Shown here one piece after another: positions 58,701-64,000 of a stretch of 64,000 bases of DNA. Below the pieces are notes generated by a model. It had not been told where the DNA came from and searched no databases. It was given only the letters and a program-made list of their open reading frames with translations. The translations under genes and the position numbers were made by a program. The DNA is from Macrostomum lignano (taxonomy: Eukaryota): NCBI GenBank assembly GCA_002269645.1, contig NIVC01001364.1, positions 124,001 to 188,000 of the forward strand. The letters run 5' to 3'. Numbering within the stretch: position 1 is the stretch's first letter; each line of letters starts with the position of its first letter.

Positions 58701-61700
58701 TAAACCCTCATTGAATGTTTCACATTGCCTGTGGGTGCTTCAAGCATCGACTGCCAAACATACTTTCAGACATGGGGTCCAGCTAAACCCTCATTGATTG
58801 TTTCACATTGAGTGTGGTGCTTCAAGCATCGACTGCCAAACATACTTTCAGACATGGGGTCCAGCTAAACCCTCATTGAATTGCTTCACATTGACTGTGG
58901 GTGCTTCAAGCATCGACTGCCAAACATACTTTCAGACATGGGGTCCAGCTAAACCCTCATTGATTGTCGTTCACATTGAGTGTGGATGCTTCAAGCACGA
59001 CTGCCAAACATACTTTTAGACATGGGGTCCAGCTAAACCCTCATTGAATGTTTCACATTGACTGTGGGTGCTTCAAGCACCGACTGCCAAACATACTTTC
59101 AGACATGGGGTCCAGCTAAACCCTCATTGAATGTTTCACATTGACTGTGGGTGCTTCAAGCACCGACTGCCAAACATACTTTCAGACATGGGGTCCAGCT
59201 AAACCCTCATTGATTGTCGTTCACATTGAGTGTGGATGCTTCAAGCACTGACTGCCAAACAGACTTTCAGACATGGGATCCAGCTGAATCCTCATTGAGT
59301 CATAATATGTTTACATTAGTTCATCAAAATCAATCATTGTGCAGATGGGCAGCGACGTGACCATCCCACAAGCAGAGGGATCTTCTGCTGATGCTGACGC
59401 TGGCGACAGCGAACCGTGTGCATCTCGCGATGAGTCGAGTGTAGAGAAGGCGGCTACGAAGAAGACGACTTCCGTTCATAAGTCGCGTGAACAGCTCTCA
59501 GCATCGGCCAGGGTGACGAGAGCTACTCAAGAGGCAGCGGCTGCTGGACAAACCCGGAAAAACCATCCTGGAGACAAGAAGAGCTCTCCTAGTACCTTGG
59601 CGCTCCAGTCATCGAAGGAGAATGCTATGGTTGAGGAATGCGACTCAAGTGCTGCTGATCTCATGATCACGTCATCTGCTAACAAAATACAAGACCGGAA
59701 ACCGTCACCACAGCGTCAGCATTTTGAATCGGTGAGCATTGCTGAGTTGAGTTACACTAACGCTGGAAAAGTGCATTCGCTTTACTTAATGAATATCATT
59801 TTTATTGGGCCAAAAATATGCTGCAGCTTTCAATGTCTTAGTTTCGATTGTAAAAAAGCAAACTTTATCATGACGTATGCCAAGTCAGCACAATCAATCA
59901 AATTTCAGCATATTTGTCGCGGGTCCAGCTAAACCCTCATTGAATGTTTCACATTGACTGTGGGTGCTTCAAGCATCGACTGCCAAACATACTTTCAGAC
60001 ATGGGGTCCAGCTAAACCCTCATTGAATGTTTCACATTGCCTGTGGGTGCTTCAAGCATCGACTGCCAAACATACTTTCAGACATGGGGTCCAGCTAAAC
60101 CCTCATTTATTGTTTCACATTGCCTGTGGGTGCTTCAAGCATCGACTGCCAAACATACTTTCAGACATGGGGTCCAGCTAAACCCTCATTGATTGTCGTT
60201 CACATTGACTGTGGGTGCTTCAAGCATCGACTGCCAAACATACTTTCAGACATGGGGTCCAGCTAAACCCTCATTGAATGTTTCACATTGACTGTGGGTG
60301 CTTCAAGCATCGACTGCCAAACATACTTTCAGACATGGGGTCCAGCTAAACCCTCATTGATTGTCGTTCACATTGAGTGTGGATGCTTCAAGCACCGACT
60401 GCCAAACATACTTTCAGACATGGGGTCCAGCTAAACCCTCATTGATTGTCGTTCACATTGAGTGTGATGCTTCAAGCACTGACTGCCAAACAGACTTTCA
60501 GACATGGGATCCAGCTGAATCCTCATTGAGTCATAATATGTTTACATTAGTTCATCAAAATCAATCATTGTGCAGATGGGCAGCGACGTGACCATCCCAC
60601 AAGCAGAGGGATCTTCTGCTGATGCTGACGCTGGCGACAGCGAACCGTGTGCATCTCGCGATGAGTCGAGTGTAGAGAAGGCGGCTACGAAGAAGACGAC
60701 TTCCGTTCATAAGTCGCGTGAACAGCTCTCAGCATCGGCCAGGGTGACGAGAGCTACTCAAGAGGCAGCGGCTGCTGGACAAACCCGGAAAAACCATCCT
60801 GGAGACAAGAAGAGCTCTCCTAGTACCTTGGCGCTCCAGTCATCGAAGGAGAATGCTATGGTTGAGGAATGCGACTCAAGTGCTGCTGATCTCATGATCA
60901 CGTCATCTGCTAACAAAATACAAGACCGGAAACCGTCACCACAGCGTCAGCATTTTGAATCGGTGAGCATTGCTGAGTTGAGTTACACTAACGCTGGAAA
61001 AGTGCATTCGCTTTACTTAATGAATATCATTTTTATTGGGCCAAAAATATGCTGCAGCTTTCAATGTCTTAGTTTCGATTGTAAAAAAGCAAACTTTATC
61101 ATGACGTATGCCAAGTCAGCACAATCAATCAAATTTCAGCATATTTGTCGCGGGTCCAGCTAAACCCTCATTGAATGTTTCACATTGACTGTGGGTGCTT
61201 CAAGCATCGACTGCCAAACATACTTTCAGACATGGGGTCCAGCTAAACCCTCATTGAATGTTTCACATTGCCTGTGGGTGCTTCAAGCATCGACTGCCAA
61301 ACATACTTTCAGACATGGGGTCCAGCTAAACCCTCATTTATTGTTTCACATTGCCTGTGGGTGCTTCAAGCATCGACTGCCAAACATACTTTCAGACATG
61401 GGGTCCAGCTAAACCCTCATTGATTGTCGTTCACATTGACTGTGGGTGCTTCAAGCATCGACTGCCAAACATACTTTCAGACATGGGGTCCAGCTAAACC
61501 CTCATTGATTGTCGTTCACATTGAGTGTGGATGCTTCAAGCACCGACTGCCAAACATACTTTTAGACATGGGGTCCAGCTAAACCCTCATTGAATGTTTC
61601 ACATTGACTGTGGGTGCTTCAAGCACCGACTGCCAAACATACTTTCAGACATGGGGTCCAGCTAAACCCTCATTGATTGTCGTTCACATTGAGTGTGGAT

Positions 61701-64000
61701 GCTTCAAGCACTGACTGCCAAACAGACTTTCAGACATGGGATCCAGCTGAATCCTCATTGAGTCATAATATGTTTACATTAGTTCATCAAAATCAATCAT
61801 TGTGCAGATGGGCAGCGACGTGACCATCCCACAAGCAGAGGGATCTTCTGCTGATGCTGACGCTGGCGACAGCGAACCGTGTGCATCTCGCGATGAGTCG
61901 AGTGTAGAGAAGGCGGCTACGAAGAAGACGACTTCCGTTCATAAGTCGCGTGAACAGCTCTCAGCATCGGCCAGGGTGACGAGAGCTACTCAAGAGGCAG
62001 CGGCTGCTGGACAAACCCGGAAAAACCATCCTGGAGACAAGAAGAGCTCTCCTAGTACCTTGGCGCTCCAGTCATCGAAGGAGAATGCTATGGTTGAGGA
62101 ATGCGACTCAAGTGCTGCTGATCTCATGATCACGTCATCTGCTAACAAAATACAAGACCGGAAACCGTCACCACAGCGTCAGCATTTTGAATCGGTGAGC
62201 ATTGCTGAGTTGAGTTACACTAACGCTGGAAAAGTGCATTCGCTTTACTTAATGAATATCATTTTTATTGGGCCAAAAATATGCTGCAGCTTTCAATGTC
62301 TTAGTTTCGATTGTAAAAAAGCAAACTTTATCATGACGTATGCCAAGTCAGCACAATCAATCAAATTTCAGCATATTTGTCGCGGGTCCAGCTAAACCCT
62401 CATTGAATGTTTCACATTGACTGTGGGTGCTTCAAGCATCGACTGCCAAACATACTTTCAGACATGGGGTCCAGCTAAACCCTCATTGAATGTTTCACAT
62501 TGCCTGTGGGTGCTTCAAGCATCGACTGCCAAACATACTTTCAGACATGGGGTCCAGCTAAACCCTCATTTATTGTTTCACATTGCCTGTGGGTGCTTCA
62601 AGCATCGACTGCCAAACATACTTTCAGACATGGGGTCCAGCTAAACCCTCATTGATTGTCGTTCACATTGACTGTGGGTGCTTCAAGCATCGACTGCCAA
62701 ACATACTTTCAGACATGGGGTCCAGCTAAACCCTCATTGATTGTCGTTCACATTGAGTGTGGATGCTTCAAGCACCGACTGCCAAACATACTTTTAGACA
62801 TGGGGTCCAGCTAAACCCTCATTGAATGTTTCACATTGACTGTGGGTGCTTCAAGCACCGACTGCCAAACATACTTTCAGACATGGGGTCCAGCTAAACC
62901 CTCATTGATTGTCGTTCACATTGAGTGTGGATGCTTCAAGCACTGACTGCCAAACAGACTTTCAGACATGGGATCCAGCTGAATCCTCATTGAGTCATAA
63001 TATGTTTACATTAGTTCATCAAAATCAATCATTGTGCAGATGGGCAGCGACGTGACCATCCCACAAGCAGAGGGATCTTCTGCTGATGCTGACGCTGGCG
63101 ACAGCGAACCGTGTGCATCTCGCGATGAGTCGAGTGTAGAGAAGGCGGCTACGAAGAAGACGACTTCCGTTCATAAGTCGCGTGAACAGCTCTCAGCATC
63201 GGCCAGGGTGACGAGAGCTACTCAAGAGGCAGCGGCTGCTGGACAAACCCGGAAAAACCATCCTGGAGACAAGAAGAGCTCTCCTAGTACCTTGGCGCTC
63301 CAGTCATCGAAGGAGAATGCTATGGTTGAGGAATGCGACTCAAGTGCTGCTGATCTCATGATCACGTCATCTGCTAACAAAATACAAGACCGGAAACCGT
63401 CACCACAGCGTCAGCATTTTGAATCGGTGAGCATTGCTGAGTTGAGTTACACTAACGCTGGAAAAGTGCATTCGCTTTACTTAATGAATATCATTTTTAT
63501 TGGGCCAAAAATATGCTGCAGCTTTCAATGTCTTAGTTTCGATTGTAAAAAAGCAAACTTTATCATGACGTATGCCAAGTCAGCACAATCAATCAAATTT
63601 CAGCATATTTGTCGCGGGTCCAGCTAAACCCTCATTGAATGTTTCACATTGACTGTGGGTGCTTCAAGCATCGACTGCCAAACATACTTTCAGACATGGG
63701 GTCCAGCTAAACCCTCATTGAATGTTTCACATTGCCTGTGGGTGCTTCAAGCATCGACTGCCAAACATACTTTCAGACATGGGGTCCAGCTAAACCCTCA
63801 TTTATTGTTTCACATTGCCTGTGGGTGCTTCAAGCATCGACTGCCAAACATACTTTCAGACATGGGGTCCAGCTAAACCCTCATTGATTGTCGTTCACAT
63901 TGACTGTGGGTGCTTCAAGCATCGACTGCCAAACATACTTTCAGACATGGGGTCCAGCTAAACCCTCATTGATTTTCACATTGACTGTGGGTGCTTCAAG
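49382..64000 (+). repeat. Macrosatellite block 2: 12 copies of the exon-plus-minisatellite unit (1149-1318 bp), running off the window
   Basis: ORF copies at 49401, 50719, 51951, 53183, 54415, 55564, 56796, 58027, 59339, 60570, 61802 and 63034. Confidence 0.97.

Noticed and set aside
42861-64000. 83/85-bp repeat arrays next to an ORF, read as a CRISPR-like array
   Set aside because: Monomers are contiguous with no unique spacers, there are no cas genes, and the context is a spliced eukaryotic gene.

Overview
Eukaryotic (animal) genomic DNA with short GC-rich exons, GT-AG introns and dense tandem repeats. The style suggests a free-living flatworm such as Macrostomum, but this is inference only. 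No prokaryotic features or CRISPR arrays are present. Genes reconstructed by hand: an EFHD/swiprosin-like EF-hand gene (-, 326-1346); a 4-exon, ~601-aa F-box gene (-, 3526-23116) whose 14.4-kb first intron holds four head-to-tail non-autonomous Helitron-like elements; a type-1 cystatin (-, 28576-28875); a 2-exon neuropeptide precursor with 16 copies of AYFDPMGY-amide (+, 39202-40039); and a spliced chromodomain gene (+, from 42315), present twice through a 6051-bp tandem duplication. In that gene one 387-nt phase 0-0 exon has been amplified 16 times together with an intronic 83/85-bp minisatellite, filling 43-64 kb. Also present: a hAT-type element with a nested long-TIR MITE, a tRNA-derived CORE-like SINE, a LINE RT fragment, and many mini- and microsatellites.
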